DNA of 64,000 nt. It comes from an uncultured virus (IMG/VR IMGVR_UViG_3300017768_000003) (taxonomy: Duplodnaviria > Heunggongvirae > Uroviricota > Caudoviricetes). This document shows, piece by piece, positions 1-9,623 of this stretch. The stretch lies in IMG/VR virus record IMGVR_UViG_3300017768_000003, one strand, 5' to 3'. Below the pieces are notes generated by a model, which saw only the letters and a program-made list of their open reading frames with translations, had not been told where the DNA came from and made no database searches. A program made the position numbers and the translations under genes. Position 1 is the stretch's first letter. Each line of letters starts with the position of its first letter.

Positions 1-669
1 AACTGTATATGGCTGTCCTGTACCTGCCCAAGATGCTGAGACCATAGTATCACCTGTTAGTGTCGTGAACGAATGTGGATAAATACCAGAACCAGTATTA
101 CCGTTTATTAAATTTGTCATTGTTTGGTTAGCAGATGAACCAAGTGCAAAATAATAAATACCTGTAGTAGTTCCTGCAGCATTTGTAGGAATTGTTAGGT
201 TATTATCTGGTAAACCACCAGTGTCATCTTGAAGTTCAAATAAATATGTACCACCTGTTGAAGATGTATATTGAATTTGCATACCTTCGTCAATTGCAGA
301 CTCATCTAAACTCCATGTATATACTACTGGAAATGTTAATGGCGTAGATATTTTTGCCATGTGTGCAGATGATGTAGCATTTGAATAATTACCTGCCAGT
401 GTTCTTACAACTGTTAGCGGGCCACCATGCTTTAAGTATTCTTTTGCTGTTATTGATGTGAAGTATTGATAATAATCACTTCCTGACTTGAATGAGTCAC
501 CAAATAAAGTTTGATATTCTGTATAAGAAAATACTTTTGTTGGTATCATTGCCGGACCTTTTACTGTTGGTCCTACTATTGCAGCACCGATTGCCCCTAC
601 TCCTTGTTGCACAAAAGATAGGTCATTTTCTCTTGTAAATACACCAGGGCTAACTATTTTTTCAGCCAT
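1..669 (-). CDS. gp18: Tail sheath protein, N-terminal part (runs off window start)
   Basis: ATG at 669 reads MAEKIVSPGVFTRENDLSFVQQGVGAIGAAIVGPTVKGPAMIPT, a typical contractile sheath N-terminus (SPGV..E.D); AGGAGA SD at 677-682; absent from the ORF track because truncated. Confidence 0.9.
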   Translation of the reverse strand, partial: MAEKIVSPGVFTRENDLSFVQQGVGAIGAAIVGPTVKGPAMIPTKVFSYTEYQTLFGDSFKSGSDYYQYFTSITAKEYLKHGGPLTVVRTLAGNYSNATSSAHMAKISTPLTFPVVYTWSLDESAIDEGMQIQYTSSTGGTYLFELQDDTGGLPDNNLTIPTNAAGTTTGIYYFALGSSANQTMTNLINGNTGSGIYPHSFTTLTGDTMVSASWAGTGQPYTV

Positions 670-727
670 TTATTCGTCTCCTAAATTGTATAATAATTGT
701 GATAAACTATTCACGTTAATTCATATA

Positions 728-735
728 ATAAATAT
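728..735 (-). promoter_or_regulatory. Putative late promoter (sense ATATTTAT) for sheath
   Basis: Same motif recurs upstream of about 13 minus-strand units. Confidence 0.6.
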
Positions 736-757
736 AAAGATTCAATCTCAAAAATTG

Positions 758-1027
758 CTATTGCTGAGGAATAAAAACACCAGTTTCTATATCTAATGTA
801 CCTAAACCGTATTTGTCTGAGAGTATCTTAGCATATTCTACTTCTGCTTTTCTTACTTCTGAATATTCCTTCATAAGCGTATTTCTTTGTTCGTCAATTA
901 GTATTTTATCTAATTCTATTTGACCGAGATTTATTTGTATTTCATTATACTTTGTTTTAATCTCTTGAACCTTTTTCATTTCTTCTTCTGTAAATTTTTT
1001 ACCTTCATTTGTTTGTACTTGTGCCAT
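758..1027 (-). CDS. Small coiled-coil hypothetical protein
   Basis: 89 aa ORF with AGGAG SD; heptad-like helix. Confidence 0.75.
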   Translation of the reverse strand: MAQVQTNEGKKFTEEEMKKVQEIKTKYNEIQINLGQIELDKILIDEQRNTLMKEYSEVRKAEVEYAKILSDKYGLGTLDIETGVFIPQQ

Positions 1028-1053
1028 AACTTTTTTCTCCTTTATTTAATTAT

Positions 1054-1989
1054 TTAGTTACCTTGATTTACGTTGTCAATCCAGTCTTCTTGTTCTTCAT
1101 CCGTTAACTCGTCCCATATTCCTGGATAATTATATGGTCCTCCTGCAGGATTATCTGAGTCATTTTGAGCTCCATCAAAAGCTTGTTCCTGAGGTGTGCT
1201 AGGACTGCTGAATATATTATTTGTTTGGTGTCTACCTATATTATTTAATTCATTCAATGTTTTTACTGATTCTGCTGCTACTTCTACTTTAACTTGGCTG
1301 AATGTCTTAGAGCTGAAATTACTCATAGATTTTTGGATATTATCTGGTATAATAAATCCGTTCATAGTAAGTGTAAAACTGGCTTTTGATATTCTGTCTT
1401 GTCCTTGCTCGGCAACAGATTCAATGTCAAAACTGTCAATTTTAGAAAGAAATTTGAATGATTCATCCTGTCCCCAATATTGGCCTCCAGCATAATTTAT
1501 ATCTTCAACAATCTTATTTAGCTGTTCTAAATACTCTGAAAATATAATACATGTATATGTTAAATTTACATAATCAGGTACAACTACGCTATGAAATTGC
1601 TTAACAGGCTGTCTATTGTTTAATACTTCAAAGTTGTCATACTTGTTTCTTGCAGTATATTTTTTTTGAAACGATGCATACAATGGATTTTTTGCATCAA
1701 CTTTATTTCCTAGTGATTTATTTTTTTCTACACTAGTTCTTTTATATACAATAGCAGGATATTGAACTTTACCTTTGGCGTCTCTTAATAATCCAGATTT
1801 TTGAACTGATTTCCATCTTTCTGGTGAGCCGTATATTATAGGTACATTTATTTTTTGCTCGCCTTCCATAACAGTTGGCTGTATTACATTATCAAAATAG
1901 TATTTTATTACAGAATCTACATCATAAAGATTTACATATAAGTCTTTAATTTTATCATCACGTCTTATTTGGTCGGCTCGATTAACCAT
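1054..1989 (-). CDS. Tail completion/terminator protein (T4 gp15-like)
   Basis: VPIIYGSPERWK and P.I.Y.R motifs; lies between neck genes and sheath. Confidence 0.7.
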   Translation of the reverse strand: MVNRADQIRRDDKIKDLYVNLYDVDSVIKYYFDNVIQPTVMEGEQKINVPIIYGSPERWKSVQKSGLLRDAKGKVQYPAIVYKRTSVEKNKSLGNKVDAKNPLYASFQKKYTARNKYDNFEVLNNRQPVKQFHSVVVPDYVNLTYTCIIFSEYLEQLNKIVEDINYAGGQYWGQDESFKFLSKIDSFDIESVAEQGQDRISKASFTLTMNGFIIPDNIQKSMSNFSSKTFSQVKVEVAAESVKTLNELNNIGRHQTNNIFSSPSTPQEQAFDGAQNDSDNPAGGPYNYPGIWDELTDEEQEDWIDNVNQGN

Positions 1990-2584
1990 ATAATCCTCCT
2001 CTCTGCTCGTCTATTTTATTTCCTTTAACATACTCATCATATCCTGCTCTAACATTTTCAAGAGTATTTATTTTACTTCTTCTCATCTCGTGTGTATTTA
2101 CAACAACAGACCATTGAGCTCCGTGTGTACCACCAAGAGAGTCAGTGCTTGGATTTTTGCCAAATAAATATTGACCTTGAGATATAGTATCTATTTCGTG
2201 ATAATTGCCATCCCAATGTATTACATCACCAATTTCTAAAAATACATCTGCGTCTTGAGCATTTTCATTTGGTTCAGTTGTATTATTTGTAGAACCTAGT
2301 TCTAATGAAGCTAGGTCGTCTCGTAAAAATGAAAACTTAACCTGTCTTGTATAATCAGCACCTTCAGAATTTGATGTATAGTCTTTACCTTCCTTATCGA
2401 TAAGACCTGCAACTCTAACACCTGGTAAAAATACTTTTCTTAGTGCTTCTCCATATAGGTTTTCTTTACTATCAAAAATAGAATGCTTGTATATATCACA
2501 GCGAGTGTCAATTATTTCATTGATTAACTCTCTGTTAACATGTCTAAACATGCTTATATCTCTTGCTGAACCAAATAGTGCCAT
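1982..2584 (-). CDS. Neck/head-closure protein (T4 gp14-like)
   Basis: NLYGEA..K.F and EIGDVI.W motifs; synteny with gp13/gp15. Confidence 0.7.
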   Translation of the reverse strand: MALFGSARDISMFRHVNRELINEIIDTRCDIYKHSIFDSKENLYGEALRKVFLPGVRVAGLIDKEGKDYTSNSEGADYTRQVKFSFLRDDLASLELGSTNNTTEPNENAQDADVFLEIGDVIHWDGNYHEIDTISQGQYLFGKNPSTDSLGGTHGAQWSVVVNTHEMRRSKINTLENVRAGYDEYVKGNKIDEQRGGLYG

Positions 2585-2585
2585 A

Positions 2586-3731
2586 TTACCCTATGTATAT
2601 ATTAAGTGGTGCTTTATTAAGCATACCTTGTTGAAAATCTGTTATTTCGTTTTCTTTTTCCATTAAGTTTCTACGAGATGCAGCTTCTAAATCTTCTCTT
2701 AAACTAGCAATTAACGCTTCAGCTTCTGCAGCCCCTTCACTTCTAAGTGTTTCTCCATCAAGAGTTGTTTCTGAACCAGGAATTGGTATCGAACTATATT
2801 TACTTCTTACCGAACCAAGTACTTGTTTAACTAATGATAGGGTATATTTTTTTATCCATTGTAAACCTGGGTCGTTTATATTGGAATATATCATATTATC
2901 ATAACCAAAGTTTGAATAATCAGAAATAGCTTCTTCAGTTATAAGAGTGTCTCTATCAGAAGTTTCTATATAATGAATATAAAAATTAAAGTCTTGGTTA
3001 GGTCTAGGAAATATTTTTAATTTATTATTTATAAGCTCAAAAGAGTAATGAGATTTTCTTATAGTATCTGTAAATTCTACTTGCTGTATTTTTAATAAAT
3101 CATCGTATAAAGGCAGCATTAGATAATTCAATCCAGCCATCGTTCCTCCCCAACCCATACTATTCAATGCGTAGTCTGAGCCAAATTGTGGGTCATAATG
3201 TCTAGATTGAGCTGGTGTTTTTTGATGAAACACTCTTTTAACTTCTATAGACGCTGTTACATTTGTTTCATCAGAACCTGTTAATACAGATGATAAATCG
3301 TATTCTTGCTGGTATACACCATCAGAACCAGTTATTGTTTTAATATATCCTGTTTTCCAATCAACCAAGCCACCACTTCCAACTTCACTTCCATACTGTT
3401 TTGATAGACCTATTAGTCTTCCTAAATTTGGAGTTATTAACTTATGTGTATAATTTTCAGTTGTTTTATTACCTTGTGCACTTAATAGATTTTCTCTTAT
3501 ATTGAATCTATTTACTTGAGCACTGTATTCTGTTGCTGCTTCTTCAAAGCAAGCAAATAATTGTACATCTTGCAATTCTATATCTGTTACAGGATAACCT
3601 AGTCTTCTTGCGCACCAGTCTGCAACTTTAGGACCGTCAGACACAAATTTTGCATCTGAATCATATAGACCAAAAGGAGTTTGACCTATTATTGAAGCAG
3701 CGCTTCCATCATATATTGTTATGTTTGCCAT
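2586..3731 (-). CDS. Neck protein (T4 gp13-like)
   Basis: RRLGYPV.DIEL N-terminal motif and WIKKY...LG..RSKY...PIPG...TLDG C-terminal motif. Confidence 0.8.
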   Translation of the reverse strand: MANITIYDGSAASIIGQTPFGLYDSDAKFVSDGPKVADWCARRLGYPVTDIELQDVQLFACFEEAATEYSAQVNRFNIRENLLSAQGNKTTENYTHKLITPNLGRLIGLSKQYGSEVGSGGLVDWKTGYIKTITGSDGVYQQEYDLSSVLTGSDETNVTASIEVKRVFHQKTPAQSRHYDPQFGSDYALNSMGWGGTMAGLNYLMLPLYDDLLKIQQVEFTDTIRKSHYSFELINNKLKIFPRPNQDFNFYIHYIETSDRDTLITEEAISDYSNFGYDNMIYSNINDPGLQWIKKYTLSLVKQVLGSVRSKYSSIPIPGSETTLDGETLRSEGAAEAEALIASLREDLEAASRRNLMEKENEITDFQQGMLNKAPLNIYIG

Positions 3732-3743
3732 AGTTTACTCTCC

Positions 3744-4298
3744 TTAAGTTATATCTGGTGTTGTCCCTGCAGCGAATACTTCATATGAACAGCCGCTGAA
3801 GTTAGTTCCTTGTGATGTTGCATCGATGCTATCTATGTTTGTCAAAAGAGAACCTGTTATTGGGTGCGCACGTAAAGCTGCTGAAGCAGATGGGAAAGCG
3901 TTAAACGAAGATGACAAATCAGATAATAAAAAACTATCACCAGGACCTAATGAATGCCAAGATTCGCCTGCAGCAGAACCTGAAAGTCTAATTCTTAAAA
4001 TTTTGCCAGTGCCTGCTGTATGTATACCTAAATCATTCGAAGCTGTATATGTTCCTGTGCCTGTACTATCTTTATTTGTTATTCTAAGATATCTAACTCC
4101 ATCAACTTCTAAATTACTTCCTGCAAAAGAAGATGAGTTAAATGTTAACAGATTAACAAGCTTTTCGTTAGGTACATAACCTGTTGTTTTATATATATTA
4201 TTTATACCACTTGATACAGTATTTGTCCAACTTCCACCTTGCTGCGTATCATCTAATATTATATCTTCTGTAATTGTTACTTTTAGTGTGCTTCCCAT
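3744..4298 (-). CDS. Putative virion structural protein (Ser/Gly/Thr-rich)
   Basis: 184 aa, beta-rich; late promoter motif at 4327-4334. Confidence 0.6.
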   Translation of the reverse strand: MGSTLKVTITEDIILDDTQQGGSWTNTVSSGINNIYKTTGYVPNEKLVNLLTFNSSSFAGSNLEVDGVRYLRITNKDSTGTGTYTASNDLGIHTAGTGKILRIRLSGSAAGESWHSLGPGDSFLLSDLSSSFNAFPSASAALRAHPITGSLLTNIDSIDATSQGTNFSGCSYEVFAAGTTPDIT

Positions 4299-4357
4299 AT
4301 TATTTTCCCTCGATTATTGCTTTTATATAAATATCAAGAAGCAAGCTATTTGTTATA

Positions 4358-5020
4358 CTACATTCCCATTAACATTTCAAATACTTCATCGATCGCTGGG
4401 TGTCTGTGATTGTCTAATAGTATTCTTTTGTATACATACTCCGAACTTGATATTTTTGATGTATCATGTATTGCTGAATAGTTTTTGTCTTTCAAATCTA
4501 TTTGCTGATTGTCTCCACAAAATATCATAGTCGAACCCTTACCTAGTCTACCTAGTGCCATTCTTAATTGTGAGCGTGTTAAGTTTTGAAATTCGTCGAC
4601 AATAACTACTGAATTTTCAAATGTTCTACCTCTAAAATGTGCAAGTGATACTAATTCTATCTGCTCATTGTTTTCCATTTTTTCTAATATCAATGGCTTA
4701 TTGTATACCTTTCTCATATTACTTCTAATAGGTACTAACCACGGTTCCATTTTTTCTTTTTCTGAGCCTGGTAAAAATCCATTATCTTCAGTAGAAACAG
4801 TCGGTCTTGTAATAATTATTTTGTTTATCATTCTTTTGAAGAACATATCCAATGCGACCTGACATGCTAACAATGTTTTACCACTACCTGCCTTTCCAAG
4901 TATAAAATTATAAGGATGGTGTAGCACTGCTTGTTTTGCTGATTTCTGCTCCTCAGATAGTGTTATTGAAAACTTAACATTTCCTTTCGGTGGTTTCTTT
5001 TCTATATTTTCCCTTGCCAT
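4358..5020 (-). CDS. phoH: PhoH-family ATPase
   Basis: GKAGSGKT Walker A, GFLPG..EKM.PW, RGRTF, VDEFQN, GD..QIDL. Confidence 0.95.
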   Translation of the reverse strand: MARENIEKKPPKGNVKFSITLSEEQKSAKQAVLHHPYNFILGKAGSGKTLLACQVALDMFFKRMINKIIITRPTVSTEDNGFLPGSEKEKMEPWLVPIRSNMRKVYNKPLILEKMENNEQIELVSLAHFRGRTFENSVVIVDEFQNLTRSQLRMALGRLGKGSTMIFCGDNQQIDLKDKNYSAIHDTSKISSSEYVYKRILLDNHRHPAIDEVFEMLMGM

Positions 5021-5059
5021 AACATTACTCCGTATTTCTTTAGTATAAATATGCAGACA

Positions 5060-5089
5060 TAAAAAAAGCCCTACCGAAGTAGGGCCTTT
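5060..5089 (-). terminator. Rho-independent terminator after major capsid gene
   Basis: Minus strand GCCCTAC-TTCG-GTAGGGC followed by a T7 tract. Confidence 0.9.
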
Positions 5090-5120
5090 AATATTAACAA
5101 CTATATAAGTGTGTTACCTA

Positions 5121-6689
5121 TTATGAAGGTAAAGTACCTATGTTTGTCCAACTTGAATCAAGGTTACAGTTGATAACACCATAGAAGTCGTTTCTTACAA
5201 CTTTCTTAGCGTATCTTGTCATCACACCTTTTCTTGGAGTAAAGTTAGTTGGGTCATAAACTAGTGGAGTCATGATTAACGGAATGTATGGAGCAAATAC
5301 AGCACCTGTTTCTAGGAATTGATTTCCTCTGTATCCCATTAAGATTTCATTACCAGTCATATAAGGGTTTTTATAGATTGTCCATCTGTTCTTTAATGAA
5401 CCGATAGCTTCTACACCCATTGCAAACTGTCCAGCAGTACCGTCAGTGTTTGCGTTATATCCTGGGATTGACTCAACGTAAGTTGCGATGTTTGGTGACA
5501 TCACAGCAAAGTTAGCACCACCACGCATAGTTGATTGGTGGATAGCATTTGACATTGCTTGCATAGCTACACCTAACTTAGCGTATTGGTCTTGGTAAGT
5601 TTCACCACCTGCAGCAGAAGCTCCAGCAAATTCAGTTTTGAATCCTGAACCAGATGCAGCTGAATGAAGCATTGCAAGGATTTCTAAATCGATTTCCATT
5701 GTAATGTATTCAGATAGCATTGAAGTTAATTCAGCTTCCGCGTCGATTGAGTGATAAGCATTCAAATCTTGAGCGAATTCTGGTGACCATTTAACCTTAA
5801 GTTTTCTAGTCTTAGCAACCAAAGCCTCTTGAGCTAATTGAACTTCGATTTCTGGAATTTCAAGATTTGAACCAGTAGCCGTAGCTCCAATTTCTGGAAT
5901 ATCTCTATCTTCAAAATCACCTCTCTTAGTAGCATCAATAGTGTTTTTGTAGTAATATACATCAACAACACCAGTTGGCGTAAGAGTAGTACCTGAACAG
6001 TCAAATCCAAGAGCTACTGCAGTTGTTACGTTAGAACCAGCACCGTTGTTAAGCACGTTAGATGCTGTAGCAATTTTGTGGTCAGAACCTGAGATACAGT
6101 AGAATGAATTCCAGATTGACATATCGATACCATCAGTATCCGTTATGTGTACAGTACCATCAGATTCAATTACAGCTGAAGCTGAAGCAACTTTTCCTAA
6201 AGAATATCCAACCTGTCCACCAGTTGAACCTAAATCAAAGTTATCGTAAAGTCCTTTTGTTAAGTTAGCTTTACCTTTTGAAGTTGTGTTACCGAAAAGT
6301 GAATCGCCTTTTGCGTGTCTTCCTTTTCCTAAGTGTGAGCCATTTTGGCCGTATTTGAAGTCTAACCAGAAAACTAAACCAGATGGTAAGTTCATAGGTT
6401 GTACTGAAACGAATTCCTTTGCAGATAATTCGCCAAAGATTCTTCTAACTAATGGAAGTGCAACACCATTCCACTCTTCTGCAGAAGTAGTACTAGTAGT
6501 ATTAGCTTCTGAGATAAGTTGTTTAGCTTGATTTTCTAAAAGGATTGCAGTATTATGTTTGTCATACTCCTTGCTAATTCCTTCTAAAAGACCTGTGTTT
6601 TCCCATTTAGTTACAAGACCTTTTGTTTCGTTTCTCTGAGCTTTGAATTGAGCTTGAGAATCTTGTAATAAATCGTTAATTTGTGACAT
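5121..6689 (-). CDS. gp23: Major capsid protein (T4 gp23-like)
   Basis: KW..TGLLEG, LPLVRR, VQPM.LPSGL.F, AKTRKLK..WS.E.AQDL, PYIPL, P.KGVMTRY motifs. Confidence 0.97.
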   Translation of the reverse strand: MSQINDLLQDSQAQFKAQRNETKGLVTKWENTGLLEGISKEYDKHNTAILLENQAKQLISEANTTSTTSAEEWNGVALPLVRRIFGELSAKEFVSVQPMNLPSGLVFWLDFKYGQNGSHLGKGRHAKGDSLFGNTTSKGKANLTKGLYDNFDLGSTGGQVGYSLGKVASASAVIESDGTVHITDTDGIDMSIWNSFYCISGSDHKIATASNVLNNGAGSNVTTAVALGFDCSGTTLTPTGVVDVYYYKNTIDATKRGDFEDRDIPEIGATATGSNLEIPEIEVQLAQEALVAKTRKLKVKWSPEFAQDLNAYHSIDAEAELTSMLSEYITMEIDLEILAMLHSAASGSGFKTEFAGASAAGGETYQDQYAKLGVAMQAMSNAIHQSTMRGGANFAVMSPNIATYVESIPGYNANTDGTAGQFAMGVEAIGSLKNRWTIYKNPYMTGNEILMGYRGNQFLETGAVFAPYIPLIMTPLVYDPTNFTPRKGVMTRYAKKVVRNDFYGVINCNLDSSWTNIGTLPS

Positions 6690-6715
6690 TTTATAAGTCT
6701 CCTATTTTCTAAAAA

Positions 6716-7654
6716 TTATTTTAATCCCGCTAACCTTTGCATTCTTGTTGCAAACGTGTTAGCTTCGACGATTACATCTTTCGATGGCTTCGTAGATTTT
6801 GTTGTGCTAGATGCAAAGTTTTCATTAACTTTTTTCTTTGGAGTATATCCAGTTAAAGATTCTGCTAAAGTAGAATAAACTAATTTAACTTCTCTTACTG
6901 AATTTGCTCTATCGAAAGTTTCGATTACTTTCACCTTTTGCGATTCGTTCAAATTGTTGCTTCTGAATAATTTGTTAGAATAAAGTAATTTAGAGTTTAA
7001 CAAGTTAACCTCATTGATTTTACCTTTTAAGAATTTGATAACTTTATAAGCTTCTTCTAGTTCAGCTTCAGCTTCAGTTACTTCTTCCTCTTCTTCTTCC
7101 ATTTCTTCATCTTCTTGTAAAGATTTGATGATTTCTTCTAAGTCCATCTCATCTTCTTCAACTTTCTCTTCTTCTGTTTCAGATAATTCTTCTTCAGTTT
7201 CTTCCACTTCTTCCTCTTCAGCTACAGTTTCTTCAGTTTCTTCAACTTCGTCAGCTTCTAATTCTTTAATGATAGATTCTAATTCTAAATCTTCTTCAAC
7301 TTCTTCCTCTCCTTCGTACATTTCTTCTTCTACCTCTTCGCCTTCTTCGTATGATTCGTCTGCTGGTACATCTTCACCAGTTTCAGCAGTTTCGTCATCA
7401 GCAGAACCAGTGTCAGCAGCGTCAGCAGTAGTATCAGCAACTTCAGCTTCGTCATCTTCGATTGACGTATCCGTAGTTTCTAATTCATCTTCTTCTTCTA
7501 ACTCTTCGTCCATCTCTTCAGCGATTTTTTGAGATAACATAGATTGTAGTTTTGGAGTGAAAGCTTCTTCAAGAGCAAGTTTTGCGTTTGCTATAGCAGT
7601 TGAACGAACAGCCTTTGCATCAGCGATTGCTTCTTTTAATAAGTCTTTTGACAT
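6716..7654 (-). CDS. Prohead core/scaffold protein (T4 gp22-like)
   Basis: Very acidic 312 aa protein directly upstream of the capsid gene; C-terminal RMQRLAGL. Confidence 0.85.
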   Translation of the reverse strand: MSKDLLKEAIADAKAVRSTAIANAKLALEEAFTPKLQSMLSQKIAEEMDEELEEEDELETTDTSIEDDEAEVADTTADAADTGSADDETAETGEDVPADESYEEGEEVEEEMYEGEEEVEEDLELESIIKELEADEVEETEETVAEEEEVEETEEELSETEEEKVEEDEMDLEEIIKSLQEDEEMEEEEEEVTEAEAELEEAYKVIKFLKGKINEVNLLNSKLLYSNKLFRSNNLNESQKVKVIETFDRANSVREVKLVYSTLAESLTGYTPKKKVNENFASSTTKSTKPSKDVIVEANTFATRMQRLAGLK

Positions 7655-7804
7655 TATTACTCTCCTTAAATATGTTTTTGGAAATATAGGTATTATGACC
7701 TATAATAGATTGTGTTTAATCCGTATACTGTACTATATAGAAGATAGTGACATTTGTGTATACATTGTTGTATATATAAGTATATACGACTTTAGTAAAA
7801 AACT

Positions 7805-7834
7805 AAAAAAGAGAGATAAAAATTACCTCTCTTT
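7805..7834 (-). terminator. Probable terminator after bS21
   Basis: Minus strand GAGAGGTAA/TTATCTCTC stem followed by a T tract. Confidence 0.6.
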
Positions 7835-7859
7835 AATAATAATGTTAACTTTTTTTTAA

Positions 7860-8231
7860 CTATTGAGCTTTGTCTTTAACCATAGCTGTCCATATATAGT
7901 TCTTTTCCATCATAGCTTGTTTTTTAAGCTCGTATTTGTTTTTTCTTATAGCCTCATTTTTCTGTACTCGTTTTCTTTGAGAAGGCTTTATATATTCTTT
8001 TTTAGAACGATATTGTCCTATTACATCTTCATCTTTCATTTGACGTTTAAGATATTTCAACGCTCGCTCTAATGTACCTGTACTAGCATCTGGTACCTTT
8101 ACACCTGATGGGTTTCCTTCTACGAAGAATTCGTGTCTTCCTAATTTCTTTCTAAATTGTTTTCTTGGTTTATCACCTCTCTGATTTGTAGAAGAGTGAT
8201 TTCTGTGCTTTTGATTTCTGTTATAAGCCAT
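7860..8231 (-). CDS. rpsU: Phage-encoded 30S ribosomal protein bS21 with basic N-terminal extension
   Basis: VKV...LERALKYLKRQMK....I..YR.KK.YIKPS.RKR is the bS21 core; position beside scaffold/capsid genes matches known bS21 phages. Confidence 0.9.
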   Translation of the reverse strand: MAYNRNQKHRNHSSTNQRGDKPRKQFRKKLGRHEFFVEGNPSGVKVPDASTGTLERALKYLKRQMKDEDVIGQYRSKKEYIKPSQRKRVQKNEAIRKNKYELKKQAMMEKNYIWTAMVKDKAQ

Positions 8232-8263
8232 TTGTATTATTTTTAGTTAAACTTAATTTATAT

Positions 8264-8295
8264 CTAATATAACAAAAAAAATCGACATATGAAAA
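8264..8295 (-). promoter_or_regulatory. Early/host-polymerase-type promoter motif upstream of bS21
   Basis: TTTTCATATGTCGATTTTTTTTGTTATATTAG; 7 related copies in the window; 3' part resembles the Bacteroidota -7 box TAnnTTTG. Confidence 0.6.
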
Positions 8296-8330
8296 CATAT
8301 GCCGGTCTTTTTAATATTTGTTATTTTTTA

Positions 8331-9620
8331 TTATTGTTTTTTAAGTAACGATAAAAATTTTAGTATTTGTTTTGGTGATGTGCCTTGAGCCATAAATGCT
8401 TTATTTATCTGTCCCCAAGTATATGTTTTGTTATCACCGGTTGCCTCATTCATTATCGCTTCATATCTTAAATCAAACATTAAATCTTGAATTTTTCTAG
8501 ATGTAGAATTACCACCTGCTTTTTCAATAGCACGTCTAGCTTTCAATGCATGTTTAATTAGAATTACGTAATGTCCTTTTTTACCTTTAACATATCTGTC
8601 ACCTTGAATTTTAGAACCAACAGGTCTTGTATTTCCTCTTGGGTCGATTACTCCATATCCACCTTCGTTAATTATGCCTTCAGACATTTCTTTTACAATT
8701 GGTTTGTAGTTATTTTTATCCATTACTATTTTAGCTTTCTTTAATAGTTCTTGATAATATCCTTTAACTTCTCCAGCTCTTGATGCAACGTAATCTTTTC
8801 TCCAACTATCTACTCGCTCATCACCTTTTTCTTTTGCGTATTCTGCAGCATCTCTTACATAGTTCTCATAAGCTCTAACCATATTACCATAGTTATTTGA
8901 TATTGTTTGATATGAATCCCAGCCTGTAGAATACATTCCTTTTTTAAGCATATCTGTAGTAAACTTAAATACTTTTTCTGTAACAGATGTAGCTTCATCT
9001 AACATTTTCTTTAGAGCGTCTGGACCTTTTGCTAAAACTTTAGCTTGTAAAAGCTTTCTATATCTTTTTACATTTTGGTCAACAACATCTTTATTTTTCA
9101 TAAGTGCAGTTGCGCCTCGTTTAGAATCTGCTCTTGCAGCTTGTTTTTCTTTTGCTGAAGGTATGTCTGATAAAGCAATACTCAATACTTTGTCAGCTAC
9201 TTCGCTATATCTTTTATAGTTATCAAGTTTTTTACCTTGATTACCAATCATATCACCTGAACTCTTGCCACTATAATATCTTTGTTTTGGCCAATACAGA
9301 GATTTTTTACCTATTGTAACACCTATAATACCTGGCTTTAACCTCCATTCATATCCAGTGTCATATGGGTTTTTCTTTTCTGTATTTACAATAAAGATAT
9401 TCAAGTGGTCATTGGAAGGTGTAGCACCACCAAGTACATTAGCATCTTCTACATCTGACCATGCAAAACCTCTTGACTTTGCAGTTACATCAAAGAATTT
9501 TCTATCACCAGAATCCATTAGCTTAAATAGATTTGTTATTTTTGTAGATGCAAATTTCTCTGTTATTAGAGATTTCATTATCTCTTCTTTTATCATTTTC
9601 TGTAGTTCAGATTTTTTCAT
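8331..9620 (-). CDS. Putative internal head protein (modular)
   Basis: MKKSELQKMIKEE leader; (I/L/M)xE protease-type sites at module junctions (LITE, IINE, IMNE). Confidence 0.6.
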   Translation of the reverse strand: MKKSELQKMIKEEIMKSLITEKFASTKITNLFKLMDSGDRKFFDVTAKSRGFAWSDVEDANVLGGATPSNDHLNIFIVNTEKKNPYDTGYEWRLKPGIIGVTIGKKSLYWPKQRYYSGKSSGDMIGNQGKKLDNYKRYSEVADKVLSIALSDIPSAKEKQAARADSKRGATALMKNKDVVDQNVKRYRKLLQAKVLAKGPDALKKMLDEATSVTEKVFKFTTDMLKKGMYSTGWDSYQTISNNYGNMVRAYENYVRDAAEYAKEKGDERVDSWRKDYVASRAGEVKGYYQELLKKAKIVMDKNNYKPIVKEMSEGIINEGGYGVIDPRGNTRPVGSKIQGDRYVKGKKGHYVILIKHALKARRAIEKAGGNSTSRKIQDLMFDLRYEAIMNEATGDNKTYTWGQINKAFMAQGTSPKQILKFLSLLKKQ

Positions 9621-9623
9621 TTT

